Shown: positions 34,621 to 43,478 of the stretch, piece by piece
How the letters are laid out: the number at the start of each line of letters is the position of its first letter
Position numbering within the stretch: position 1 is the first letter of the stretch
From: Alphaproteobacteria bacterium
GTDB taxonomy: Bacteria > Pseudomonadota > Alphaproteobacteria > Micavibrionales > UBA2020
Direction: 5' to 3'
DNA: 64,000 nucleotides
Assembly: GCA_965279315.1 (NCBI GenBank)
Contig: OZ257145.1
Location: 1,933,536-1,997,535 of the forward strand
The notes under the pieces: model-generated
The model's input: only the letters and a program-made list of their open reading frames with translations
Databases searched by the model: none
Told to the model about the DNA's origin: nothing
Made by a program: the position numbers and the translations under genes

Positions 34621-34753
34621 GATGACCCTCGGGCGAAATGGCTTTTTTTGATTTCGAAGAATGTATCAAAACCGGCATCTTTATGCAATTTGATTTTCAT
34701 AATTGAATTACGCTAAAAATATCCTTTAATAACAATGGATTATTTTAAATAAA

Positions 34754-34782
34754 TTGACGTTTTATTCCATAATCAATATAAC
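34754..34782 (+). promoter_or_regulatory. sigma70-type promoter for the ankyrin gene
   Basis: TTGACG, a 17-nt spacer, then TATAAC, inside an AT-rich divergent intergenic region. A small hairpin CCCGCA-GAGG-TGCGGG lies between it and the RBS. Confidence 0.5.
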
Positions 34783-34815
34783 GACACATCCCCGCAGAGG
34801 TGCGGGACAGCAGGA

Positions 34816-36369
34816 GTGAAAAAATTGCCCGATGAAAAAAACGTCGAATTCTCATCATTGACCAAAGAGCGCAGCGAAAAACTTTTCGTGTCGCAGAAGC
34901 TCAAACTTTTCATCCTGACCGGCCAGCCCGATGCCGACGGCACACATTCCAGCCTTGCCATCAAGCCTTTCCATCAGTTGAGCAAAGACGAACGCGCTGC
35001 GCTGACTGCGAAGGCGGAGCCGCACGGGCCCGCTTCAAAAATTTCCATCATCAAACAGGGTGACGGCCTTTCCTTCACCGACGAGATGACGGGCAAGACG
35101 ACCGTCACGCCGCTGCGCCACCTTGACACCGATGTGCGCGAAAAACTCTCCGACCCGTTCAAGCGCCTCTCGTCTTATGACGCGGCGAAAATCGCCCTGC
35201 GCCGCAAATTCGCGGCGGGGGTGCTGGGCGTTGCGGGGCTGGGCGGCGGGTTGGGTGCGGCATACAACGCGGGCGTTTTCGAACCGCTGTCCGATATGAC
35301 GACGCGCGTGTTTGCGCCGGAAGCCAAGCCCGCGGACGCGCCGACAGTCGCGCCCCTCGTCGAATTGACGGGCGCGCGTGAAAAAAATGCGCTGAAATTC
35401 GATGAAAATCCCGCGATGGTTGAATATCTCGGCCAGCAGATGGATTCTTTCCCGCAGCGCGAGAAGCAATTCCTTTACACCGTCATGGTGGGGGAGGCGC
35501 AGAAGGCGGCCGACCTGCTGGTCAGCAAAGACGGCGCGGAAATCCTCAAGCAGGCCGGCAGCCTTGCCATGATTATCGCGACACGGAACGGCGACCTCGA
35601 CATGATCCGCGTGTTGCATGGTGCGGGGCAATCGACGAACCAGACCTATCACCCCACGACCTATGCGGCCGAAGATGTATGGGTGCCGCTGGTCGATGCG
35701 ATCGAGCGCGGCTTGCCGAAAACGACGGAGCTGCTGCTGAAGCTCGGCGCAGATCCGGAACAGCGCGACAACCCGCGCCGCCCGACACCCTATATGCTGG
35801 CCGCCTATTCACCGCTGATCGATACGGATGTTGCGGTCGAAGTGATGGACAAGCTCCAGAAAGGCGGCGCGAAACTGGAGGCGCTCAGCCCCTATGGTGC
35901 CGACGCGCTGATGCACACGATTACGGCTTCGGACGGCGATGCACGCAAATTTGAAAAGGCCTTGTCCGTTCTGCCCGATGCGAAGGCCGCGGTGAACAAG
36001 CCCTATCGCGTTTACAGGACCGCCGTGGGCTGGGTCGGCGGCTGGACGCTGCTGATGGAGGAAATCGAACGCCAGAGCTATCGCGGCAATGCCGATAATG
36101 CGATCGTGAAATCCATGTTCGCGCATGGCGCGAATGTGAACGCGAAAAACGAAGCAGGCTGGACCGCGCTGCATATGGCGGCGGAACTCGACCAGCTGGA
36201 CACGGTCAGGATGCTGGTCAAGGCCGGCGCAAATATCCACGCCCGCGATAACAACGGCCAGACCGCGCTTGATGTCGCGAAGAAATCCGATCTCGAACCC
36301 GTGCGCGTCCGCAATTACCTGCAGGGGCTGATGCAGGTGAAGCCGAAGGTGCTCGCGCCTGCGGGCTGA
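34816..36369 (+). CDS. Ankyrin-repeat protein (517 aa)
   Basis: Canonical ANK units near the C-terminus: GWTALHMAAELDQLDTVRMLVKAGANIHARDNNGQTALDVA. Further units include ATRNGDLDMIRVLHGAG and AIERGLPKTTELLLKLGADP. The start may be GTG 34816 or TTG 34825 (AGGAG 8 nt upstream of the latter). Confidence 0.8.
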   Translation: MKKLPDEKNVEFSSLTKERSEKLFVSQKLKLFILTGQPDADGTHSSLAIKPFHQLSKDERAALTAKAEPHGPASKISIIKQGDGLSFTDEMTGKTTVTPLRHLDTDVREKLSDPFKRLSSYDAAKIALRRKFAAGVLGVAGLGGGLGAAYNAGVFEPLSDMTTRVFAPEAKPADAPTVAPLVELTGAREKNALKFDENPAMVEYLGQQMDSFPQREKQFLYTVMVGEAQKAADLLVSKDGAEILKQAGSLAMIIATRNGDLDMIRVLHGAGQSTNQTYHPTTYAAEDVWVPLVDAIERGLPKTTELLLKLGADPEQRDNPRRPTPYMLAAYSPLIDTDVAVEVMDKLQKGGAKLEALSPYGADALMHTITASDGDARKFEKALSVLPDAKAAVNKPYRVYRTAVGWVGGWTLLMEEIERQSYRGNADNAIVKSMFAHGANVNAKNEAGWTALHMAAELDQLDTVRMLVKAGANIHARDNNGQTALDVAKKSDLEPVRVRNYLQGLMQVKPKVLAPAG

Positions 36370-36374
36370 GCAGA

Positions 36375-36872
36375 TTACAATTTCCAGTCCGGCCTGACCC
36401 AATGGCAGGTATAGCCGTTCGGGTTTTTTTGCAGGTAGTCCTGATGGTAATCCTCGCCGTCCCAGAATTTGGTGAAGGGTTCCAGCGTGGTGGCGACCTT
36501 GCCTGGCCATTTGCCGCTGTTGTTGACGGCGATGATCACATCCATCGCGGTTTTTTTCTGCTCGTCATCCATGTAGAAAATCGCCGAGCGGTATTGCGTG
36601 CCGCGGTCGTTGCCCTGGCGGTCTTTCGTCGTCGGGTCGTGGATCTTGAAAAAATATTCCAGCAGCGCGCGATAGGTTGTTTTCGCGGAATCGAAGGTCA
36701 GCTCGATCGCTTCCGCATGGCCGCTCTTGCTGTCATGCGTGTCGTCATATTTCGGGTTGTCCAGATGCCCGCCGGTATAGCCGACGCGCGATGAAATAAC
36801 GCCCGGTTGCGTGCGCAGCAGTTCCTGCATCCCCCAGAAACACCCGCCCGCGATGACCATTTTGTTGCTCAT
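36375..36872 (-). CDS. msrA: Peptide-methionine (S)-S-oxide reductase
   Basis: Active-site motif GGCFWG, plus [16 protein letters not shown] and [18 protein letters not shown]. Confidence 0.95.
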   Translation of the reverse strand: MSNKMVIAGGCFWGMQELLRTQPGVISSRVGYTGGHLDNPKYDDTHDSKSGHAEAIELTFDSAKTTYRALLEYFFKIHDPTTKDRQGNDRGTQYRSAIFYMDDEQKKTAMDVIIAVNNSGKWPGKVATTLEPFTKFWDGEDYHQDYLQKNPNGYTCHWVRPDWKL

Positions 36873-36910
36873 GTTCTGATACTCCTTGCCGTGTTATTCG
36901 TGCGGCAACG

Positions 36911-37675
36911 TCAAAAGGTTACATCATCCCGCGTCACGCGCGCGATGGTCAGCACATAAACTTGGGCGGCGCCGGATTTTTTCAAGATGCGGGCGCATTC
37001 GTTGAGGGTTGCGCCGCTGGTGAAGACGTCATCGACCAGCAGGATGTTCTTGCCGCGCAAAGCAGCCGCCTGTTTTTCGTCGACGGCGAACGCGCCGCGC
37101 ACATTGGCGTGGCGTTCCTTGCGGCTCAGGCCTTTTTGCTTCACCGTGTAGCGGGGGCGGGTGAGGGCATCGGGGGCGAAAATGCGGTCGGTGCGTTTCG
37201 CCAGCATCTCGCCCAGAACCGCCGACTGGTTGAAACGGCGCTGCCACAACCGGCGGGAATGCAGCGGCACGGGGATGATGATATCGGTATCGGCGATCAT
37301 TTCCGCACCTGCGCGCGCCAGCCACGGCACGAAGGTCTGCACGGTATGCATCCGGTCGCCATATTTGAACCCCATGACAAGTTTCCGGCTGGCGTCGTTA
37401 TAGACGACAGCCGACCGCGCGCGGGTGAATGCCGGTTCTTCGTCGATGCAACCGGCGCAGAGGCTGCCCATCGGGCTGTCGAAGCCGAACGGCACGCCGC
37501 AGGTTTCGCAGAACGGATTTTCGATGAAGGACAGTTCCGACCAGAAAGCGGGGGAAACCATGCCCGGCGCATCCACAACCGCGCCCGATCCTGCGCAGCG
37601 GGGCGGCAGGATGATATTTAGCGTGGTATTCCAAAGGCTTGCTATGGAACGGGTCTTGGCGGTGCGGCTGTGCAT
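36911..37675 (-). CDS. comF: ComF-family phosphoribosyltransferase-domain protein
   Basis: N-terminal Cys-rich region (PPRCAGSG..FCETCGVPF..CAGC) and the PRTase motif ILLVDDVFTSGATLNECA. Confidence 0.85.
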   Translation of the reverse strand: MHSRTAKTRSIASLWNTTLNIILPPRCAGSGAVVDAPGMVSPAFWSELSFIENPFCETCGVPFGFDSPMGSLCAGCIDEEPAFTRARSAVVYNDASRKLVMGFKYGDRMHTVQTFVPWLARAGAEMIADTDIIIPVPLHSRRLWQRRFNQSAVLGEMLAKRTDRIFAPDALTRPRYTVKQKGLSRKERHANVRGAFAVDEKQAAALRGKNILLVDDVFTSGATLNECARILKKSGAAQVYVLTIARVTRDDVTF

Positions 37676-37853
37676 GGGCTTGAAATTTGCCGTAAAAACG
37701 CCAATTTATCAAGGTCTAACCCATTTTCCCTAAAGTTCTTGTTATTACAAGGGTGTTATCATAATATGTCACAGTTTTATCAGTCAGGGAGACGTAAGGG
37801 TGCGTTTCTCTGTATAATGGAGAGATTGAGTTCAGACTCCCAAGGGCGCGTGA

Positions 37854-40607
37854 GTGTCAAAGGTCGATAGGACAGAAATAGCCGAACAGGTGGCAGCCAG
37901 CATCCGGAATTTCTCGGAACTGGCGAAGGACGAAGCCACGCGCGCGCGCGCCGTCATCGAAATGCCCGAATTTATCCAGCAAAAGGCCGCGCTGATTTCC
38001 GCGCACTTCCTGCTGCCCGCCGGCGCCCGCGTGGTCGATATGGGCTGTGAACGGGGGGCGGTCACTTACGTGCTCGCGCTGCTCAACCCCCGCGTTGAAA
38101 TCATCGGCATCGACATGGATGCCAAGGCCATCGATTTTGCGCGCAAGACCTACCGCCTGCCCAACCTGTCGTTCCGCGCGGCGGATATTTCCATTCCCGA
38201 AATGGAAGACGAAACAATCGACGGCATCATCAATTCCAACATGCTGCACCATGTCTATTCGGCGAACAGCTATAACCCCGATGAAGTGACAGCGCTGCTG
38301 GAACGCCAGATCCAGAAGCTGAAAACCGGCGGCACGATGCTGATCCGCGATTACATGATGCCGCCCGAGGGCGAGTATGTGATGCTGGAACTGCCCAACG
38401 TGCCGAGCCAGGGCAACACGCCGATGGAGCTGTCGGATGCCGACCTGCTTGTCCACTTCTCGCAAAACGCGCGGCCCATGGCGTCGGGCTGCGAAGGGTT
38501 CTTTATCGAGGAACTGATGCCGCGCCGCGACGGCACGCGCCTGTTCCGCCTGCCGCATAAATGGGCGCTGGAATTCGTGCACCGCAAGAATTACCGCAAG
38601 GACTGGACGAGCGAGCTTTCCGAAGAATACACGTTCTTCACGCATGGCGATTACCGCCGCGAATTCGCGCGCCTCGGCATGCGCATGGTGTTCTCCGCCC
38701 CGCACTGGAACCAGTGGGTGGTGAAGAACTGCTTCAAGGGCCGTTTCCAGCTGTATGACGAAGATTACACGCCCATGAACGCGCCGCCCACGAACTACTT
38801 CATCGTGGCGCAAAAGGTGGCGGACAAGCAGTCTCTGGTGATCGAGGAACGCCGCCCGTCGCAAAAACCCGTCGGCGATCTGCAGATCATGATCGTGCGC
38901 GACAAAAAATCGGGCGCGCTGCATGAACTGGTCAAGCGCCCCGGCGAATATTGCGACATCGTGCCGTTCCGCATCACGCCGGATAACCGCCTTGTGATCT
39001 ATGTGCGCTCCGGCTATCCGCGCCCCATCGTCAACGCGGTGTCGCGCGGCTCCCACAACCTTGACGGCAAAAAATGGTCGGGCCACCTGATCGAGCCGAT
39101 CACGATGGACACGGTCAACATGACCGACGACGTCGAAGAAAACCGCAAGATGATTTTCGGGTATGTCGACAACTACGCCAGCCTGCGCCCGAAATCGGAA
39201 GAAAGCTGGTATGTGGGCGACACCTATTTCCCCAGCCCCGACCGTATCGACGAGGCGATCGAGCCTGTGTTTGTCGAGGTTGAAAACGCGCAGCGCACCA
39301 GCTGGCCGATCAAGGAAGACAAGGAAGTCAACTTCACCGAGATCGGCACGATCATGGAGCTGGATGCGGCCGATATTATCCTGGCATCGCAGGTCGGCCT
39401 GCTGCCCGAACCGCGCCTTGAACTGCATGTGTTCGAATTGATGTCGCGCTACAACATCCCGTTCCCGAAATGGATCGGCGAAGTGATGCCGAAAATGCCG
39501 GGGCAGCCGACAAAATCCAAAGACCCCGAAGACATGCTGGCCGAATGCGAGCCGTGCGATTTCGAGGAAGAGCAACGCGCCCCCGTCATCCTGAAACCCG
39601 TGAAATCGGTGTTCGTGGAGGAGGGCAAGGTCGGCAAGGCCGCGCGCGGGCTGTCGGCGCAGGATATCGAATTCATCATGACCGAAGACGGCATCGAAAA
39701 TATCGCCGTCGTCATTCCCGTCAGCCGCGACTGGGACAACAACCTGCTCGTCTCGCTCGACCCGAAAATCCTGCCCGTGCCGAACCGCCTGGGCGGCGAC
39801 GGCGCGATGCTGAACGCGCCCAGTTTCATGCTGCCGAAAAACGTGCGCTCGATTGACGATGCGAAAGCCTTCATCGCCGAAAAATTCCACGTGCCGGTCG
39901 AACAGGTCGGCAAGCTGGGCGAAAGCTATTTCACGCATACCGGCGTCACGCCGCAGCGCGTCTATCCCTTTATCGTGTCATCGCCGCCCGATGTCGGATC
40001 CGGCCCGAAACGCAGCTATACGCCGCTGAAACGCCTGTGGCGTTTGCTGGGCTTTGCGCGGTTTGCAGGGGGCTTGCTGAAAATGCTGGCGCGCACGCAT
40101 ATGTCGATGGATGCGAACAGCGACATGAGCCTGAGCCGCAGCCCCGTCAACCTCAAGAGCACGGGTTTCTCCCTGTCCACAGAAAAGGTCGCGGTGGAGG
40201 CGAAAAACGTCGGCTATTCCGCAGCGCCCTCGCGCGTCCTCGGCCAGCGCGGCGCGGCAGGCGGCGGTGGGGGCGGCGGCGCGGCTGCAAAACCTGCCGA
40301 TACCTATACGCCCTTCCAGCCGCCCAAGGGCATTGATCCCGCGCTGCTGGCGCAAAGCCAGGCTGCGCAGGCGCTCATCGAAAGCATCGCGGCGCCGCGC
40401 ATCGGCAAGCGGCTTGTCGACAGCTATGCGCAGGCCAAGAAACTGCTGAAGGGCGGCGACGAAGCCATCCACATGCACGAAACCCCCACGGTCGCGCAGA
40501 TCGACAAGGATATCGTCGCCGTCGCCGACCAGCTCAAAAAAATCCGCAACGACAAAATCCCCACGCTGGAACTCCGCACGCCGGACAACAAGGGCGGGAA
40601 GATTTAA
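37854..40607 (+). CDS. Large fusion protein: N-terminal class I SAM-dependent methyltransferase plus about 700 aa unassigned
   Basis: GTG start after an AT-rich upstream region. Motif I is ARVVDMGCERGAVT, post-I is IIGIDMD, and later DGIINSNMLHHV. High GC3 runs throughout. The antisense ORF 37857..39938 is Arg/His-rich. Confidence 0.75.
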   Translation: MSKVDRTEIAEQVAASIRNFSELAKDEATRARAVIEMPEFIQQKAALISAHFLLPAGARVVDMGCERGAVTYVLALLNPRVEIIGIDMDAKAIDFARKTYRLPNLSFRAADISIPEMEDETIDGIINSNMLHHVYSANSYNPDEVTALLERQIQKLKTGGTMLIRDYMMPPEGEYVMLELPNVPSQGNTPMELSDADLLVHFSQNARPMASGCEGFFIEELMPRRDGTRLFRLPHKWALEFVHRKNYRKDWTSELSEEYTFFTHGDYRREFARLGMRMVFSAPHWNQWVVKNCFKGRFQLYDEDYTPMNAPPTNYFIVAQKVADKQSLVIEERRPSQKPVGDLQIMIVRDKKSGALHELVKRPGEYCDIVPFRITPDNRLVIYVRSGYPRPIVNAVSRGSHNLDGKKWSGHLIEPITMDTVNMTDDVEENRKMIFGYVDNYASLRPKSEESWYVGDTYFPSPDRIDEAIEPVFVEVENAQRTSWPIKEDKEVNFTEIGTIMELDAADIILASQVGLLPEPRLELHVFELMSRYNIPFPKWIGEVMPKMPGQPTKSKDPEDMLAECEPCDFEEEQRAPVILKPVKSVFVEEGKVGKAARGLSAQDIEFIMTEDGIENIAVVIPVSRDWDNNLLVSLDPKILPVPNRLGGDGAMLNAPSFMLPKNVRSIDDAKAFIAEKFHVPVEQVGKLGESYFTHTGVTPQRVYPFIVSSPPDVGSGPKRSYTPLKRLWRLLGFARFAGGLLKMLARTHMSMDANSDMSLSRSPVNLKSTGFSLSTEKVAVEAKNVGYSAAPSRVLGQRGAAGGGGGGGAAAKPADTYTPFQPPKGIDPALLAQSQAAQALIESIAAPRIGKRLVDSYAQAKKLLKGGDEAIHMHETPTVAQIDKDIVAVADQLKKIRNDKIPTLELRTPDNKGGKI

Positions 40608-40615
40608 CTTGAATT

Positions 40616-40984
40616 GTCATTCCGGCGAACGCCGGAATCCACGGACTTCACCGGTTCCCCATGAGCAGCCAGTATTTTGTTTATATCCTTGCCAGCAAAA
40701 AGCACGGTACGCTTTATATCGGCGTCACAAGCAATCTGGTGAAAAGAGTGCATGAACACAAGAACAGGCTTGCGGAAGGTTTCACGAAGAAATACAACGT
40801 TTCTCAGTTAGTGCATTTTGAATGCTGTGATGATGTAAACGCTGCCATACAACGCGAAAAGCAGCTGAAAGAATGGCGGCGCGACTGGAAAATTGATCTG
40901 ATCGAGAAAGAAAATCCGGACTGGGCTGATTTGTACGCAACGATAACGGCGTAGTCCGTGGACCCCGGCTTTCGCCGGGGTGAC
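40616..40984. mobile_element. REP-type element carrying a GIY-YIG nuclease ORF (candidate autonomous copy of the hairpin-repeat family)
   Basis: The 31-nt ends are GTCATTCCGGCGAACGCCGGAATCCACGGAC (left) and GTCCGTGGACCCCGGCTTTCGCCGGGGTGAC (right). They are inverted repeats matching at 26/31 positions, and the differences are compensatory. Confidence 0.55.
40661..40954 (+). CDS. GIY-YIG nuclease family protein (UPF0213/YhbQ-like, 97 aa)
   Basis: YFVYILASKKHGTLYIGVTSNLVKRVHEHK..YNVSQLVHFE..AIQREKQLKEWRRDWK. The GIY and YIG elements and the conserved Arg/Glu are present. Confidence 0.9.
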   Translation: MSSQYFVYILASKKHGTLYIGVTSNLVKRVHEHKNRLAEGFTKKYNVSQLVHFECCDDVNAAIQREKQLKEWRRDWKIDLIEKENPDWADLYATITA

Positions 40985-40993
40985 AGGAATGTG

Positions 40994-41896
40994 ATGAGCG
41001 ATAATACTATTCAAGTCTTCGACCGCACCCTTCTCCGCCGCCGCCGCGACCGCGCGGCTGCGGGCATTTCTTCGTTCGATTTCCTGTATCAGGATGTCGC
41101 GCTGCGGCTCTCCGACAGGCTTGACCTGATCAAGAAAGAATTCGCAACCGTCCTCGACCTCGGCGGGCATGGGGTGATGGCGGAGCATCTGCGCGTGCGG
41201 GCGGGGACGCAGTTTGTGGCGACGTCGGATGTGTCATCCGGCATGGCCGCGCGGGCGGCGCATGGCGTGGCGGCGGATGAGGAATTTTTGCCGTTCAAAC
41301 CCGGCAGCCTCGATGCCGTGGTCAGCAACCTTGCGCTGCATTGGGTGAACGACCTGCCGGGCGCGCTGGTGCAGATCCGCCGTGCGCTAAAGGCAGACGG
41401 GCTGTTCCTAGCGGCCGTGCCGGGCGGCGAAACCTTGCGCGAATTGCGTCAATCACTTCTGGAGGCGGAAATCGCCGTTTCGGGCGGCGCATCCCCCCGC
41501 GTATCGCCCTTTATCGACGCGCGCGACATGGGCGCGCTGTTGCAGCGCGGCGGCTTCGCGCTGCCGGTTGTGGACAGCGACATCATCACCGTCGATTATT
41601 CCAGCCCGCTGAAGCTGATGCAGGACCTGCGCGGCATGGGCGCGACGAACGCGGTTTATAACCGCCTGCTGAAACCGACGCGCCGCGCCGTGATACTGGA
41701 AGCGGCAATAATCTATGCGGAAAAATTCGGCGATGCGCAGGGGCGCGTGCCTGCCACCTTCCAGATCATCTACGCCATCGGCTGGTCGCCCCATACCAGC
41801 CAGCAAAAACCCATCCAGCCCGGCAGCGCGAAAATGAAGCTGGCCGATGCGCTGGGCACCGAAGAAATTTCGACGGGCGAAAAAGCGCGGCCTTAA
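40994..41896 (+). CDS. Class I SAM-dependent methyltransferase (NDUFAF5/BioC-like, conserved in alphaproteobacteria)
   Basis: ORF 40958..41896 trimmed to Met13, because the first 12 codons are REP read-through. It contains FDRTLLRRRRDRAA, VLDLGGHG, DAVVSNLALHWVNDLPGAL, and LKADGLFLAAVPGGETLRELR. Confidence 0.85.
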   Translation: MSDNTIQVFDRTLLRRRRDRAAAGISSFDFLYQDVALRLSDRLDLIKKEFATVLDLGGHGVMAEHLRVRAGTQFVATSDVSSGMAARAAHGVAADEEFLPFKPGSLDAVVSNLALHWVNDLPGALVQIRRALKADGLFLAAVPGGETLRELRQSLLEAEIAVSGGASPRVSPFIDARDMGALLQRGGFALPVVDSDIITVDYSSPLKLMQDLRGMGATNAVYNRLLKPTRRAVILEAAIIYAEKFGDAQGRVPATFQIIYAIGWSPHTSQQKPIQPGSAKMKLADALGTEEISTGEKARP

Positions 41897-41905
41897 TTCT
41901 CAGGC

Positions 41906-42024
41906 GTAACCACGGCGAAGGCCGGGGTCCAAGCAGCCGCTCTTATTATTGGCGGCTGCGGCTTATGAGGTGTCACCGCCAATATTCTGGGGAGTGCTTA
42001 GACCCCGGCTTTCGCCGGGGTTAC
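41906..42024. repeat. Long-subfamily REP element (119 bp)
   Basis: GTAACCACGGCGAAGGCCGGGGTC, then an interior CAAGCAGCCGCTCTTATTATTGGCGGCTGCGGCTTATGAGGTGTCACCGCCAAT.., then GACCCCGGCTTTCGCCGGGGTTAC. The interior is collinear with the copy at 44940. Confidence 0.85.
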
Positions 42025-42029
42025 GGGCG

Positions 42030-42788
42030 TTATTTGGTCGCGGTCAGGAAATAATTCACATCCATATCCGTCGCGCTCAATGAAAACGCGCGGTCGAGCG
42101 GGTTGAAGACCAGGCCGCGCACATCGGTCACTTCCAGCCCGTGTTCCTCGATATGCTTCGCCAGTTCCGACGGCTTCAGGAATTTTTTCCAGTCATGGGT
42201 GCCGGCGGGAACCCAGCGCAGGATATATTCGGCGGCGATGATGCCGAGCGCGTAGGATTTCGGCGTGCGGTTGAGGGTGGACATGATCAGCATGCCGCCG
42301 GGGCGCAGGATGGCGCAGAGGGCGCGCATGAATTCCTCCACATCCGCCACATGCTCCACAATTTCAAGCGCGGTCACGACATCATATTGCGCGCCCTTGG
42401 CGGCCAATGCCTCGACGCTCGTGGCGAGGTAGTTGATTTTCAGCCCGTGGGCTTCTGCATGGGCTTTGGCCACCTTGATGTTTTCCTTGCCCGCATCCAC
42501 GCCCGTCACATCCGCGCCCATGCGGCACAGCGGTTCGGTCACGATGCCGCCGCCGCAGCCGATATCGGCGATCTTAAGGGCTTGTAAACTTTTGACAGTG
42601 TCGGGCAGGTCGAAATGTTCCGACAGCATCCGGCGGATATATTCCATGCGCACAGGGTTGAGGCGGTGGAGGGGGCGCATCGGGCCCGATTCATCCCACC
42701 ATTTATCGCCCAGAGAATCGAACTGCGCGATCTCGGCGGCATCGATGGTGGATTTTGCGGCGGGTTTTTTCAGATTTTTTTTGGTCAT
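42030..42788 (-). CDS. ubiG: Ubiquinone biosynthesis O-methyltransferase
   Basis: EIAQFDSLGDKWWDESGPMRPLHRLNPVRMEYI..IADIGCGGGIVTEPL..YDVVTALEIVEHV..GGMLIMSTLNRT. Confidence 0.92.
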   Translation of the reverse strand: MTKKNLKKPAAKSTIDAAEIAQFDSLGDKWWDESGPMRPLHRLNPVRMEYIRRMLSEHFDLPDTVKSLQALKIADIGCGGGIVTEPLCRMGADVTGVDAGKENIKVAKAHAEAHGLKINYLATSVEALAAKGAQYDVVTALEIVEHVADVEEFMRALCAILRPGGMLIMSTLNRTPKSYALGIIAAEYILRWVPAGTHDWKKFLKPSELAKHIEEHGLEVTDVRGLVFNPLDRAFSLSATDMDVNYFLTATK

Positions 42789-42956
42789 TACATTGCATTT
42801 TATATAATTTTTCAGGCTGATAAAACACGATATTCGCCGACATAAAATAACCGGTTAATGAGGTGTGAATATACCCCTTAGTTTCCTTAACTAAGTTTTC
42901 ATAAGCCCAACGTATCTTCGACTTGGGAACAAGAAAAAAACAAAAAGGGGCACGCC

Positions 42957-43409
42957 ATGATTACAAACTTTCAAAGCATCATCACCATCGCAACCGCACC
43001 GGCAACCGGCATGGTGGCCGCAGGCGCAATGGCGGTGGCGGCTGCGGTGGCGGTCGGGTTCCTGTTCATCTTTAACGAGGCTTCCTATCAAAAACGCGCC
43101 CAGCGCATGGCCTTCACGCAATACGCGCCCAGGACGCAAGCGGCGTCGGCTTTCCATACCGCCCTTGTGAACGACAACGGCGTGAAGGTCGAGATCAAAG
43201 CGGGCGAGCCTGTGTTTGCGGGCGAAATGCTGGCGGTGGTGCGCGACCTTGCCGCCCGCGTCATGACCGGCATGGCCGACATCGCCGAGCTGCTGTCGAT
43301 GCTGGATACCCTGCAGCGCATGGGGATTGATGTGCAGGGCCTGTTCTCCTTCCTGGGCCCCGTCGCGGCGGTGGAAATGACCGAAGAAGCCCGCCTGCAG
43401 CAGGCTTAA
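42957..43409 (+). CDS. Hypothetical membrane-anchored protein (150 aa)
   Basis: RBS AAAAGGGG. N-terminal hydrophobic region ATAPATGMVAAGAMAVAAAVAVGFLFIF. High GC3. The antisense ORF 42891..43961 is Arg/His/Gly-rich. Confidence 0.6.
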   Translation: MITNFQSIITIATAPATGMVAAGAMAVAAAVAVGFLFIFNEASYQKRAQRMAFTQYAPRTQAASAFHTALVNDNGVKVEIKAGEPVFAGEMLAVVRDLAARVMTGMADIAELLSMLDTLQRMGIDVQGLFSFLGPVAAVEMTEEARLQQA

Positions 43410-43478
43410 CCGTTTGCGGTTTAGGGGCGGGCATGGCATCCTTGTCGGCAAGCCAGTCACCCTGATACGCCGCCGGTT

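Noticed and set aside
37857-39938. 693-aa minus-strand ORF opposite the 917-aa methyltransferase fusion gene
   Set aside because: It has an Arg/His/Gly/Asp-rich low-complexity composition. The plus frame carries the SAM-binding motifs and a high third-position GC.
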